A stretch of DNA of 64,000 bases from an uncultured Acidimicrobiales bacterium (GCA_905480195.1 CAJQPN010000015.1:32785-96784), one strand, 5' to 3'; counted from the first letter of the stretch, positions 27,312 through 37,246 are shown. The notes: generated by a model not told the origin, from the sequence alone. Numbers and translations: made by a program.

Positions 27312-28145
27312 TCACGCCGCTTCGATCGCTGCGTTGAGAGCCTCGAGACCGGCGGGATCGAGTTCGCCCCGCCACGACCAGACCACCACGTCGACGCCCG
27401 CATCGAAGAAGTCTTGGGCCCGTTCGAGCAGCTCGGCGGGTTCACCATCGGTCCCGAGATGGACCGACCGGGTGATCTCAGCCTGATCACGCCCGACCCG
27501 CTCACAGTGACTTCGCAGCACCTCGTCGAGCTCTTGCCAGTCCGACGGGGTTTCGGGGAAGGTCATGTCCCACTGGTCGGCGAACCTGGCCGCGGTCCGC
27601 AGGGTGCGGACGCGACCCTTGCCGCCGATCACGATCGGTATCGGATCCTGAACCGGTTTCGGTTCACACCACGCGTTCTCGAGCGCGAAGAAGCGACCCG
27701 AGAACGACGTCTCCTTGTTCGCAAGGAGCGACACGATGATCTCCATCCCTTCCTCGAGGCGATCGGAACGGTCACGCAACGGCCCGAGGTCGATGCCGTA
27801 GGCATCGCTCTCCATGAAGTTCCAGCCGGCACCCATACCGAGTTCGAATCGACCACCGGAGATGATGTCGATCGTGGCCGCCATGTTCGCGGTGACCGCA
27901 GGGTGACGATGATGCATACCGTTGACCATCGACCCGACCCGGATCCGCGAGGTCGCCTGCGCAAGCGCGGCCAACATCGTCCAACCCTCGAGATTCGGAC
28001 CGTCGTAGGGCGGCGCCAACGGGTAGAAATGATCCCAGTTCCACGCCGATTCGAACACCGGCATCTCGTCGGCCATCTGCCAGAACCGCAGGAACTCGTC
28101 CCAAGTGGCGTGGTGTGGCGGCGTCTTGATCGCATGGCGTCCCAT
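27312..28145 (-). CDS. LLM-class (luciferase-like) F420-dependent oxidoreductase
   Basis: LLM blocks (GWTMLAALAQATSRIRVGSMV, GGRFELGMGAGW, PIVIGGKG). Confidence 0.8.
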   Translation of the reverse strand: MGRHAIKTPPHHATWDEFLRFWQMADEMPVFESAWNWDHFYPLAPPYDGPNLEGWTMLAALAQATSRIRVGSMVNGMHHRHPAVTANMAATIDIISGGRFELGMGAGWNFMESDAYGIDLGPLRDRSDRLEEGMEIIVSLLANKETSFSGRFFALENAWCEPKPVQDPIPIVIGGKGRVRTLRTAARFADQWDMTFPETPSDWQELDEVLRSHCERVGRDQAEITRSVHLGTDGEPAELLERAQDFFDAGVDVVVWSWRGELDPAGLEALNAAIEAA

Positions 28146-28199
28146 GTACGTGCCCTTTCGACGGCGTGTCGCGACCGTAGTCCGTCGGCGCTACTCGGC

Positions 28200-29390
28200 T
28201 CAGTCGATCGACTGACGGCGCAGCTCACGCCGCGCGATCGCCATCAGGTGAACCTCGTCGGGCCCATCGGCAATGCGAAGCGCTCGCAGGTTCGCATACA
28301 TGCGGGCGAGTGGCGTGTCGTCGCTGACGCCTGCCGCTCCGTGCACCTGGATGGCACGATCGACAACGGTTGTGGCCATCCGCATCACCTGCACCTTGAT
28401 GATCGACATGTGTGGTGCGGCGGCTTTGTCACCTTCGGTGTCCATGAGCGCTGCAACCCGCAGGGTTGCGAGACGGCACGCATCGATGTCGATGCGGGAC
28501 TCGGCGATCCAGTCCATGACGTTGGCCCGGGATGCAACGGCCGCGCCGAACGTCTCGCGCGACTCAGCGCGTCGACACATCAAGGTGAGCGCCAGTTCGG
28601 CCACACCAATCGTGCGCATGCAGTGCTGCACCCGGGCTGGCCCGAGCCGGGCCTGACCGATGGCGAACCCGGTGCCGACATCACCCAGGATCGCGTCGTC
28701 GTCGACCCGCACCCCGTCGAAGCGCAACTCGCAATGGCCGTCACCGTCGGTGTACCCAAACTTGGAGAGGTTCCGGACGACCTCGAGCCCCGGGGTGTTG
28801 CGAGGAACGAGGAAGACGGTGTGCTTGCGGTGACGGGACTCCTCCGAACCCTCCACTCCCACGGTGTTTGCGACTGTCATCAGGTACGCACAGTTGGGGT
28901 GCAAGACACCGGAGATCCACCACTTCGACCCGTCGAGCACCCAGCCGCGACCATCGCGGCGAGCGGCCATCGCCATATTCGACGCGTCCGAAGACGCCAC
29001 ATCGGGCTCGGTCATCGCGAAGGCCGACCGGATCTGTCCGGCGAGCTGTGGTTCGAGCCAACGGGCCTTCTGCTCCGGGCTGCCGAACCGGATCAGGGCG
29101 TCACCATTGATCGAGCTTGGCGCATCGGTGTTGGTTGCCTCCTGAGCCAGGCGGGAAGTGCCGAGCACTTCGGCGAGCGGCGCGTACTCAAGCGACGTCA
29201 GCCCAGGGCCGTAGTCGGGGTCACGGATGTTCAGGTTCCACAATCCATCCGCCTGTGCGCGCCGTTTGAGCAACTCGACGATCTCGCGGTCAGGGTCGGC
29301 GGTGTCGGCAACCGGCTCGACGTGGGCTGCGATGAAGGCCTCGAGCCGAGCCTGATAATCAGCCGACCGTCGACTCTGCGTCAGATCCAT
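28200..29390 (-). CDS. acyl-CoA dehydrogenase
   Basis: ACAD blocks (AFAMTEPDVASSDA, GSKWWISG, QVHGAAGVSDDTPLARMY). Confidence 0.9.
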   Translation of the reverse strand: MDLTQSRRSADYQARLEAFIAAHVEPVADTADPDREIVELLKRRAQADGLWNLNIRDPDYGPGLTSLEYAPLAEVLGTSRLAQEATNTDAPSSINGDALIRFGSPEQKARWLEPQLAGQIRSAFAMTEPDVASSDASNMAMAARRDGRGWVLDGSKWWISGVLHPNCAYLMTVANTVGVEGSEESRHRKHTVFLVPRNTPGLEVVRNLSKFGYTDGDGHCELRFDGVRVDDDAILGDVGTGFAIGQARLGPARVQHCMRTIGVAELALTLMCRRAESRETFGAAVASRANVMDWIAESRIDIDACRLATLRVAALMDTEGDKAAAPHMSIIKVQVMRMATTVVDRAIQVHGAAGVSDDTPLARMYANLRALRIADGPDEVHLMAIARRELRRQSID

Positions 29391-29424
29391 GCTCGACGAC
29401 TGTAGAGCAGGCCCCCAAGCGAGC

Positions 29425-30393
29425 TCAGCCCCTGCGAGCCTTCACTTCCTCGATGATTGCAGGGATCACCTCGTGGAGGTCGCCGATGACGGCCCAATCG
29501 GCCTTCGTGACCATGTTCGCTTCCCGGTCAGTGTTGATCGCCAGAATGTGCTTCGAGGCCATCGCGCCGACCCAGTGCTGAATCGCACCGGAGATGCCCG
29601 ACGCAATGTAGATCTCTGGAGCGATCCGGGTGCCGGTCTGGCCGACTTGGTCGGAGTGGGGACGCCAACCGTTGTTGGTGACCGCGCGCGAGCAGCCGAC
29701 CCGACCGTTGAGCAGGGCGGCAAGTTCTTCGAGCGGAGCAAAGCCGTCGGCTGAACCGACACCACGACCACCGCCGCACACGACCGGCGCAGTCGGCAGG
29801 GTGACCCCTGCTTCGAGCACGACGCGATCCTTCACCATCGTGATGGTGACGCTGTCGTCGAGATCGGCATCGAACGACTCGGCATCGCCGTCACCTGCAC
29901 CGCCGACCTCGGCCGCCACGGCGTGCAGACCACAGGTGAGCAGCGGAACCTCCGCGTCGAGGGCGAGGTCTTCGAGCAGCGAACCGCCCCACTGGACCCG
30001 GGTCATCGACCACGACTCACCGGGGGTGACGTCGACGCAATTGGCCACGAAGGGCACGGCGAGGCGGGCAGCGGCCTGGGCCATGAACTCGTTGCCGCGG
30101 TCAGAACCACAGGCCAGCACCGCAGCCGGTTTGAGTTCTTCGATCATCTGGGCGATCACGGCGCCGTGAGCATCCGGACCGTAGTCCCGGAGAAGGTCGT
30201 GGGTGCAGGTGTGGACGGTGTCGGCGCCGAACTCGCCGGCAGCAGCGACGAGACCGGCATCATCGCTACCGATGAGCGCAGCTTCGAGATCGTCGTCCAT
30301 CTTTTCGGCGAGCACGCGGCCGAAGGTCAACGCCTCCTTGGCTGCTTCGACGAGTTCTCCGTTGTCGTGTTCGACGATGACGAGGAGCATCAA
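29425..30393 (-). CDS. etfA: electron transfer flavoprotein subunit alpha
   Basis: C-terminal FAD-binding block (PEIYIASGISGAIQHWVGM). Overlaps etfB by 4 nt. Confidence 0.9.
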   Translation of the reverse strand: MMLLVIVEHDNGELVEAAKEALTFGRVLAEKMDDDLEAALIGSDDAGLVAAAGEFGADTVHTCTHDLLRDYGPDAHGAVIAQMIEELKPAAVLACGSDRGNEFMAQAAARLAVPFVANCVDVTPGESWSMTRVQWGGSLLEDLALDAEVPLLTCGLHAVAAEVGGAGDGDAESFDADLDDSVTITMVKDRVVLEAGVTLPTAPVVCGGGRGVGSADGFAPLEELAALLNGRVGCSRAVTNNGWRPHSDQVGQTGTRIAPEIYIASGISGAIQHWVGAMASKHILAINTDREANMVTKADWAVIGDLHEVIPAIIEEVKARRG

Positions 30394-31172
30394 AGCACCC
30401 CCAGCTCGTCGAGCACGTCGACCACGGCGGCGGCGGCTTCCGGTCCGGTCCCGAGGATGACCGTCTCCGACAGGGCCTCTTCGGGCCGGTGGAGCCTGAG
30501 CCGGGCCTGACCACCGGCATCGGCAGAAGCCCCGACCGTACCGATCTCGACCTTCTTCGAAGCGAGGCGGCCTTTCATCGTCGGATAGCGAGGAAGGTTC
30601 AGCCCCTCCTTGACGCCGAGCACGGCGGGACGGGGAAGCTCGTAAACCTCGAAGCCCCCGTCAATTTCTCGACGGGCAATGATCGCGTCGTCTCCGATCT
30701 CAATGCCCTTGATGCCCTGAACAATCGGGCGACCCAGCGCATGGGCAACCCGGATACCGACCTGAAACCCGCCGCTGTCGGCCGATTCGTTTCCGAACAG
30801 GATCAGATCGAACGGCTCGGCGGTGCCGTCGCTTCCGTTGGCGGATTCGACATCCTGAATGGCTGCGGTCAGCGCAGCTGCGATCCGTTGCGGATCCCAC
30901 GTGTTGTCGCCGGCATCGACGAGCACCGCGTGATGTGCACCCACGGAAACGGCGTACCGGAGCTGCTCCTCGGCGTCGCTGGTGCCGAGGGTCATGACGG
31001 TGACTTCTCCGCCGTGCTCCTCGATCAATTGCACGGCGCCCTCCACCGCACACTCCTCGTGCGGCGACGTCGTGAACCCGAGATGCGCCGCGTCGACGTC
31101 CTGTCCGTCGGCCGTGATATTGATCTTGGCCCCTGGAGCAGGCACCCGCTTCACGCAGCAGAGAATCTTCAT
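30390..31172 (-). CDS. etfB: electron transfer flavoprotein subunit beta
   Basis: MKILCCVKRVP...TSPHEECAVEGAVQL is a typical EtfB N-terminus. Confidence 0.9.
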   Translation of the reverse strand: MKILCCVKRVPAPGAKINITADGQDVDAAHLGFTTSPHEECAVEGAVQLIEEHGGEVTVMTLGTSDAEEQLRYAVSVGAHHAVLVDAGDNTWDPQRIAAALTAAIQDVESANGSDGTAEPFDLILFGNESADSGGFQVGIRVAHALGRPIVQGIKGIEIGDDAIIARREIDGGFEVYELPRPAVLGVKEGLNLPRYPTMKGRLASKKVEIGTVGASADAGGQARLRLHRPEEALSETVILGTGPEAAAAVVDVLDELGVL

Positions 31173-31179
31173 GCCCCGC

Positions 31180-33753
31180 TCAGGCCTTCATCCGGGAATC
31201 ATCCGGGTCGAACGCAGATCCCGGGCCGACCACCGTGCAGGGATACAGCTCGTTCATGTACATCGACTGCAGCTTGGTGCCGGGCACAGCTAACTCGTTG
31301 GGCAGGTACCCCATGAGGAGGTTCTTGCCGAGCGACGGGCTGTAGCCCGCGGTGGTGACCCGCGAGGCACGGCCGTGTGAATCGACGATGCGTTCCCCGT
31401 CGAGAGTGAGGATCGGTTCGTTGCCGCCTTGCATGTAGCGGGGGTTGCCGTTGCGGTCGGTGTTGTCGTCGACGATGAGGGTCACGCATTGGACCTCGGC
31501 ACCGGCATCGCGGGCAGCCAGGTAGGCCTCTTTGCCGATGAAGTCGGCGGCCTTGACCTTGGGTCGTGCGAGGCCAGCCTCGACCGGGTTGTACTCGCTC
31601 TCGAGTTCGGCGCCCATCAGGCGGTAGCCCTTCTCGATTCGACCGGACAGCGAGTAGACGCCACCACCGGTGATGCGCAGACCGTGATCGGCGCCGGCCT
31701 CCATGATGGCGTCCCAGACGGTCGTGGCGTCGTCCCAGGGGACGTAGATCTCCCAGCCGGCGTCGCCGACGTAGGAGATGCGGAACAGGTGACAGTCAAC
31801 ACCGGCAATGTTCACCGGCAGGTAGGAGCCGTACGGCGAACCTTCCTGGCTGAGGTCGTGGTCGGTGAGCTGGCCGAGGACCGTCGCTGCGTTGGGGCCC
31901 CACAGGCCGAGGGTGCTGATCTGCTTCGTCAGGTTGGTGAAGGTGACCGAGCCGTCGTTGGGCATGTGCTTGCGGACCCAGAACTCGTCGCGCCCACCGT
32001 CGAAGACGCCGGTGACGATGCGGACGCGATCGTCGGCCATCCGCATCATGGTGAGGTCGGAATGGAATCCGCCCTCGTGGTTGAGCCAGGGCGTGTAGAC
32101 CGAGCGGCCGACGGGCACATCGATCTTGTTGACAGCCAAGTAGTCGGCAAACTCGACGGCACCGGGGCCCTCGAGTTCGAAGATCTGGAACGCCGAGAGG
32201 TCGATCATGCCGCAGTGCTCGCGCAGGTTGAGATGCTCACCGACGGTGATGGGGCTCCACCAACGGTTGTCCCACTCGACGGGGCGTTCCTCGAGCCCGT
32301 ACCGCTCGACGAGATCGGCATTCGACGCGTACCACTGCGGTCGCTCCCAGACGCGGGCCTGGAAGAACTCGGCGCCGAGCGCCTCTTGGCGGCTGCGGAA
32401 CGGCGACTCCACGAGGTGGCGGCGGCCGCCCCACTGCTCGGCAGGATGCACAATGCCGTAGGTCTTGATGAACGATTCGTCGGCGCGCGACCAGATGTGC
32501 TCGTCGCTCTTCTCTTCGTCGTAGAACCGGGCGACATCGGCGCCGTGGGCGTCGATCACGCGGGGGTAGCCGTAGTGCATCCACTCGGCAACAACCTGAC
32601 CCATACCCGGGCCTTCCTTGACCCAGACGGCGGCGGCGGACCACAGGTTCTCGACGTCGGGGAGCTCACCCAGGCAGGGCATGCCGTCGGGGGTAAGCGA
32701 GAGCAGGCCGTTGATGGCGTACTTGATCTCGGCGTCGCCGAGGAAGTCCATCAACTCGATAGCGGTCTCCATCTGCGGATCGAAGTCGTCGGGGGTGAAC
32801 GGCATCTCGGTGGGCGAGAGCGCAGCTTCTTCGTTCGACGGGATGTCGTCGGGGTGGTGGAGGATGGCGCGGTGGCCATAGGAGCCGACCTCCATCGAAC
32901 CTGACGATTGACGCTCGTAACAGAACGTGTCCATGTCGCGGACGATCGGGTAGCCGATCTCGTTGCCTGTCTCTGCGAGGATGTCCATTGGTCCGACGTC
33001 GGCCATCTGGTGAACGGCTGGCACCAGCGGGATGTACGTGTCGGCCATGTAGGCGATGCGGTTCGACCAGACGCCGCACGCGATGACGACGTGCTCGGCC
33101 TCGATGGTTCCCTTGTCGGTCTCGACGGCAACGATCTTGCGACGTCCGTTGGGGCGGGGCGTGTCGTCGGTGATGAGATCGAGAACCTCAGTGTTCGCAA
33201 AGACCTGGAGGCCAGCCTTCTCGATGGCCTCCTTTCGCATCACGGTGCCGGTCTCGAGTGAGTCGACCACGGAGACAGTCGGGCAGTAGAAGCCGCCCAT
33301 GATGACCTCTTCGTTGATGAAGGGAACGAGTTCCTTCACCTCGGCGGGCGACAGTAGGTGGGCTTCGATGCCCCATGCGGTGGCCGAGGTCATGCGCCGC
33401 TGGAGTTCGTCCATGCGCTCTTGGGTGCGTGCGACCTCGATACCGCCAGAGTCGACCGACAAGCCGAGGTCGCGGTACTGGTTGGCGGACTGCTCGCCGA
33501 GCAGCGCCATCTCCTTGTTGTGGTCGACCGGAAAGATGAAGTTCGACGCGTGGCCGGTGGAGCCGCCGGGGTTGGGCAGCGGGCCCTTGTCGAGCAGTAC
33601 GAGGTCGGTCCAACCCAGGCGGGCCAGGTGACCGACGACGCAGTTGCCGACGATGCCGGCGCCGATGACCACGCACGTTGCTTTCTCCGGTACTGCGGAG
33701 GTTGGGATGTCGCTCACAGGTGTCCCCTCATTGATGGCTGGCGATTCGGACAA
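31180..33753 (-). CDS. FAD-dependent dimethylglycine/sarcosine dehydrogenase-like oxidoreductase with C-terminal GcvT (folate-binding aminomethyltransferase) domain
   Basis: 857 aa with an N-terminal GAGIVGNCVVGHL dinucleotide fold and a C-terminal GcvT-like region. Located directly upstream of etfBA. Confidence 0.85.
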   Translation of the reverse strand: MSESPAINEGTPVSDIPTSAVPEKATCVVIGAGIVGNCVVGHLARLGWTDLVLLDKGPLPNPGGSTGHASNFIFPVDHNKEMALLGEQSANQYRDLGLSVDSGGIEVARTQERMDELQRRMTSATAWGIEAHLLSPAEVKELVPFINEEVIMGGFYCPTVSVVDSLETGTVMRKEAIEKAGLQVFANTEVLDLITDDTPRPNGRRKIVAVETDKGTIEAEHVVIACGVWSNRIAYMADTYIPLVPAVHQMADVGPMDILAETGNEIGYPIVRDMDTFCYERQSSGSMEVGSYGHRAILHHPDDIPSNEEAALSPTEMPFTPDDFDPQMETAIELMDFLGDAEIKYAINGLLSLTPDGMPCLGELPDVENLWSAAAVWVKEGPGMGQVVAEWMHYGYPRVIDAHGADVARFYDEEKSDEHIWSRADESFIKTYGIVHPAEQWGGRRHLVESPFRSRQEALGAEFFQARVWERPQWYASNADLVERYGLEERPVEWDNRWWSPITVGEHLNLREHCGMIDLSAFQIFELEGPGAVEFADYLAVNKIDVPVGRSVYTPWLNHEGGFHSDLTMMRMADDRVRIVTGVFDGGRDEFWVRKHMPNDGSVTFTNLTKQISTLGLWGPNAATVLGQLTDHDLSQEGSPYGSYLPVNIAGVDCHLFRISYVGDAGWEIYVPWDDATTVWDAIMEAGADHGLRITGGGVYSLSGRIEKGYRLMGAELESEYNPVEAGLARPKVKAADFIGKEAYLAARDAGAEVQCVTLIVDDNTDRNGNPRYMQGGNEPILTLDGERIVDSHGRASRVTTAGYSPSLGKNLLMGYLPNELAVPGTKLQSMYMNELYPCTVVGPGSAFDPDDSRMKA

Positions 33754-33765
33754 CGATTGACGCAG

Positions 33766-33775
33766 TGATATATCA
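33766..33775. promoter_or_regulatory. TGATATATCA palindrome in the DMGDH/GntR divergent region
   Basis: Perfect 10-bp palindrome in an AT-rich patch (cagTGATATATCAgtcgtgtatcatcag). Candidate GntR/FadR-type operator or -10 region. Confidence 0.35.
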
Positions 33776-33879
33776 GTCGTGTATCATCAGAAGGTTAGAG
33801 CGGTCGCACAACGACTGCAACAGGAAAAGGGATCTGCGGCGCCGTCCGCAGCGAAGAATCGTCGGAGCAACCACCGAAC

Positions 33880-34530
33880 ATGCAATCGCTCAGCGCACAG
33901 GCCTACACCGAACTTCGACACCAGATCGTGCGCCTTGAGTTCGCTCCCGGCGACGTGTTGCGAGAAGACGCCCTCCAAGAGCGGCTCGGACTCGGCCGCA
34001 CACCGATCCGAGAGGCACTTCAGCGACTCGCCCGAGAGCACTTCATCACTGTCATCCCGCGCCGCGGCATGTTCGTGAGCGGGATCGACGTGTCGGAACT
34101 CTCGATGCTGTTCGAGACCCGCACAGTCCTCGAGCCCTACGCAGCCCGCCTGGCCGCAGCGCGCGGCACCGACGACCACTGGGCCCGTATGGCGGGCGCC
34201 CTCGAAGGGGTCGCTGACGCCGCCGGCAGCGAAGATCTGATGCAGATCGATCGAATGGGCCACGAGATCATGTGGGAAGCCGCCGGCAACCGGTTCCTGG
34301 TCGACACACTCGACATGCTCTACGCCCAATCCGATCGACTGTGGCATCTCTACCTATCCGACGTCGCCGACATGAGCCACGCAGTCGACGAGCATGGAGA
34401 GATCATGGACGCTCTTCGAACCGGCGACAGCGACCGTGCCGGCGACCTCATGGAGGAGCACATCCGCGCCTTCGACGCCCAGATCCGAGCCGCTGTCACC
34501 GAGCGCCTCGAATCTCCCCTTGCGGGCTGA
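33880..34530 (+). CDS. GntR-family (FadR/FCD subfamily) transcriptional regulator
   Basis: YTELRHQIVRLEFAPGDVLREDALQERLGLGRTPIREALQRLAREHFI, followed by an FCD domain. Confidence 0.9.
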   Translation: MQSLSAQAYTELRHQIVRLEFAPGDVLREDALQERLGLGRTPIREALQRLAREHFITVIPRRGMFVSGIDVSELSMLFETRTVLEPYAARLAAARGTDDHWARMAGALEGVADAAGSEDLMQIDRMGHEIMWEAAGNRFLVDTLDMLYAQSDRLWHLYLSDVADMSHAVDEHGEIMDALRTGDSDRAGDLMEEHIRAFDAQIRAAVTERLESPLAG

Positions 34531-34544
34531 GCGAAACGGCTGCC

Positions 34545-34579
34545 GTTCCACAATGCGGAACCCTTCCGTATCGTGGAAC
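34545..34579. promoter_or_regulatory. 35-bp four-half-site palindrome upstream of fhs
   Basis: GTTCCACAATGCGGAAC C CTTCCGTATCGTGGAAC, centred 85 bp upstream of the fhs ATG. Confidence 0.6.
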
Positions 34580-34646
34580 ACACTGGTACGCTCGGCGTTG
34601 ACGGGCCCTGGGGAGGGCCCACGAGCATGTTTGTGGGGAAAAACCG

Positions 34647-36344
34647 ATGTCCTTCCCATCTGATCTTGAGATCGCCAGTGGCGCGAGCCTCAAGCCGCTG
34701 AGCGAGATTGCCGCTGCTGCTGGCATTCCCGAGGAATGTCTCGAGCCGTACGGAACCGGTGCTGCAAAGATCACCCTCGATGCCATTGAGAAGATGGCTG
34801 ACCGTCCGAAGGCAAAATACGTCGTCGTCTCGGCCATCACCCCCACCCCGCTGGGCGAGGGCAAAACCACGACAACCGTCGGCCTGGGTCAGGCGTTCCA
34901 GTACATCGGGTCGTCGGCCACCATCGCCATCCGTCAGCCCTCGATGGGCCCGACCTTCGGCATCAAGGGCGGGGCTGCCGGCGGCGGCTACAGCCAGGTC
35001 GTGCCGATGGAGCTGTTCAACCTTCACCTCACCGGCGACATGCACGCCGTCACCGCAGCCCACAATCTGTGCGCTGCGATGGTCGACGCGCACCTCTACC
35101 ACGGCAACGAATGTGGCTTCGACATCCACAACATCACGTGGCGTCGCGTTGTCGACATCAATGACCGTGCACTGCGCAACGTCACGATCGGCCTCGGCGG
35201 AAAGATGGACGGCATCCCCCGCGAGACCGGCTTCGACATCACCGCCGCCTCAGAAGTCATGGCCGCGCTGGCGCTCGCGACCGATCTGTTCGACCTGCGA
35301 GCCCGCATGGGCCGCATCGTGCTCGGCTACACAAAGGCCGGTGAGCCCATCACCGCCGAAGACATCGGCGCAGCCGGATCGATGACCGTCATCCTGCGGG
35401 AGGCGATCAAACCAAACCTGATGCAAACGCTCGAGAACACCCCCGCTCTCGTGCACACCGGCCCCTTCGGCAACATTGCCACCGGCAACAGCTCGATCGT
35501 GGCCGACCGAATCGGGATCCACACGAGCGACTTCTTGCTGACCGAGGCCGGCTTCGGCGCCGACATGGGCGCCGAGCGATTCTTCAACATCAAGTGCCGC
35601 TACTCGGGTCTCGCTCCTGACGCGTCGGTGCTCGTGGCGACCGTCCGCGGCCTCAAGGCCCACTCCGGCAACCATCGCATCGTCCCGGGCAAGCCACTGC
35701 CCCCGGCCCTTCTGGAGGCAAACCCCGACGAGGTCCACCAGGGCGGCGACAACCTGCGCAAGCAGCTTGAGAACATGCAGATCCACGGCTGCACTCCGGT
35801 CGTTGCGATCAACGTGTTCCCCGGCGACCACGACGAAGACATCGCCGCCATCCACGAGATCGCGTCGGAATACGGTGCCCGCGCGGCCGTCTCGACGCAC
35901 TTCTCCGACGGTGGCCGAGGCGCGTCGGAGTTGGCCGAGGCGATCAAGGACGCTGCCGACGAACCGTCCGAGTTCCAGGTCCTATACCCCGACGATGCCT
36001 CGCTGAAGGACAAGATCTACGCGGTCGCCACCAGGGTGTACGGCGCCGATGGCGTGGAGTACTCGTCCACCGCCGACAAGCAGATCGCGAACTTCACCCA
36101 ACAGGGCTTCGCTCATCTGCCGGTGTGCATCGCGAAGCAACACCTTTCGCTCAGCCACGACGCCAACCTCAAAGGTGCTCCCACCGGATGGACGCTGCCA
36201 GTTCGCGAAGTACGGGCCTCTGTCGGTGCCGGTTTCGTCTACCCGATCTGCGGCGACATGCGCACCATGCCGGGTCTCGGCACCACGCCCGCTGCCCAAG
36301 CGATCGATATCGACCACAACGGCGACATCGTCAATCTCTCCTAG
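34647..36344 (+). CDS. fhs: formate--tetrahydrofolate ligase
   Basis: 565 aa. SDLEIASGASLKPLSEIA..., TPTPLGEGKTTTTVGL and GFGADMGAERFFNIKCR are canonical Fhs blocks. Confidence 0.95.
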   Translation: MSFPSDLEIASGASLKPLSEIAAAAGIPEECLEPYGTGAAKITLDAIEKMADRPKAKYVVVSAITPTPLGEGKTTTTVGLGQAFQYIGSSATIAIRQPSMGPTFGIKGGAAGGGYSQVVPMELFNLHLTGDMHAVTAAHNLCAAMVDAHLYHGNECGFDIHNITWRRVVDINDRALRNVTIGLGGKMDGIPRETGFDITAASEVMAALALATDLFDLRARMGRIVLGYTKAGEPITAEDIGAAGSMTVILREAIKPNLMQTLENTPALVHTGPFGNIATGNSSIVADRIGIHTSDFLLTEAGFGADMGAERFFNIKCRYSGLAPDASVLVATVRGLKAHSGNHRIVPGKPLPPALLEANPDEVHQGGDNLRKQLENMQIHGCTPVVAINVFPGDHDEDIAAIHEIASEYGARAAVSTHFSDGGRGASELAEAIKDAADEPSEFQVLYPDDASLKDKIYAVATRVYGADGVEYSSTADKQIANFTQQGFAHLPVCIAKQHLSLSHDANLKGAPTGWTLPVREVRASVGAGFVYPICGDMRTMPGLGTTPAAQAIDIDHNGDIVNLS

Positions 36345-36355
36345 GGAGGCTGCCC

Positions 36356-37246
36356 ATGGCTCTTTTCAAGAAGTCCGAGATGCCCGCAATCGTCGAATCC
36401 GACGAGGCAAAGGCACACCGCGAACACCTGACCCGCAGCTACACCATCGAACTCATCCCGATGAAGAGCCTCGAGACAGCGCGCGAACACCTGCCCACCG
36501 GAGCAACCCTCTCGATCACCGCTTCACCGGTGAAGGGCCTCGAAGAGACCCAGCGACTCACCGAGGTTTTCCAGGCCGAAGGGTTCGATCCCGTCCCCCA
36601 CATCTCGGCCCGAATGGTGCGAGACAGGGCCCACTGCGCCAGCATCGCCCACTGGCTGCGTGACAACGGCCTGAAGAAGATGTTCCTCGTCGGGGGTGAC
36701 CAGGATCCGCCCGGCGAGTACTTCGACGCCGTGCGCTTCCTGGAAGACTTCCTCGAACAGGACCACGGACTCGACGGTCTCGGAGTGACGTCGTATCCCG
36801 ACCATCACGCCGTCATCTCCGACGAGCAACTGCACGAAGCGCTGCACGCCAAGCAAACGCTGCTCAATGCCGCCGGGCTGCACGGTTGGTGCTCCACGCA
36901 GATGTGCTTCGACGCCACCGTCATCGAGGCCTGGCTGCGAAAAGAGCGGGCCGAAGGCCTGACCTTGCCGGTGCATCTCGGCGTGTCGGGCGTGGTCGAC
37001 AAGGCCAAGCTGATGACAATGGGCGTCCGGATCGGCCTCGGCGCGTCACTCGGGTACCTCAAAAAGAACCGGGCTGCGATCACGAAGATGATGACGTCGA
37101 CCTCGTACGACCCCAACGACCTGCTCATGCCGCTCTCGAGCGCTGCCGTCGAACTCGGCATTGAGGGCGTGCACATGTATACGTTCAACCAGGTCGAAGC
37201 CACCGAACAGTGGCGGGCCGAAGCGCTCGCCGAACTCGCCGGCTGA
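36356..37246 (+). CDS. metF: methylenetetrahydrofolate reductase family protein
   Basis: MTHFR-family blocks (PHISARM, FLVGGD, SYPDHH, STQMCFD). ATG 36356 follows GGGAGG. The upstream part of track ORF 36125.. overlaps fhs. Confidence 0.75.
   Translation: MALFKKSEMPAIVESDEAKAHREHLTRSYTIELIPMKSLETAREHLPTGATLSITASPVKGLEETQRLTEVFQAEGFDPVPHISARMVRDRAHCASIAHWLRDNGLKKMFLVGGDQDPPGEYFDAVRFLEDFLEQDHGLDGLGVTSYPDHHAVISDEQLHEALHAKQTLLNAAGLHGWCSTQMCFDATVIEAWLRKERAEGLTLPVHLGVSGVVDKAKLMTMGVRIGLGASLGYLKKNRAAITKMMTSTSYDPNDLLMPLSSAAVELGIEGVHMYTFNQVEATEQWRAEALAELAG

Noticed and set aside
29235-29251. Extra matches to the GTTCCAC half-site (GTTCCACAATCCATCCG at 29235..29251, GTTCCGCAACGTGCTCG at 63503..63519, ATCGTGGACCAC near 20262..20273)
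   Set aside because: Only one half-site matches in each case. The locations are inside a coding region, in a convergent 3' region, or have a deleted base, and none has a tandem partner. These are likely chance occurrences.
27414-29405. 663-aa ORF on the plus strand, the longest hypothetical ORF in the window
   Set aside because: It lies antisense to two well-supported genes (LLM oxidoreductase 27312..28145 and ACAD 28200..29390). Its translation is Arg/Pro/Gly/Val-rich with no recognisable motif. This is the typical shadow ORF of GC-rich DNA.
34603-34620. GGGCCC-tgggga-GGGCCC hairpin between the operator and the fhs start, considered as the terminator of the GntR gene
   Set aside because: There is no U tract, and it lies downstream of the putative operator and promoter for fhs. 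It may be part of the fhs 5' UTR, but the evidence is insufficient to call either way.
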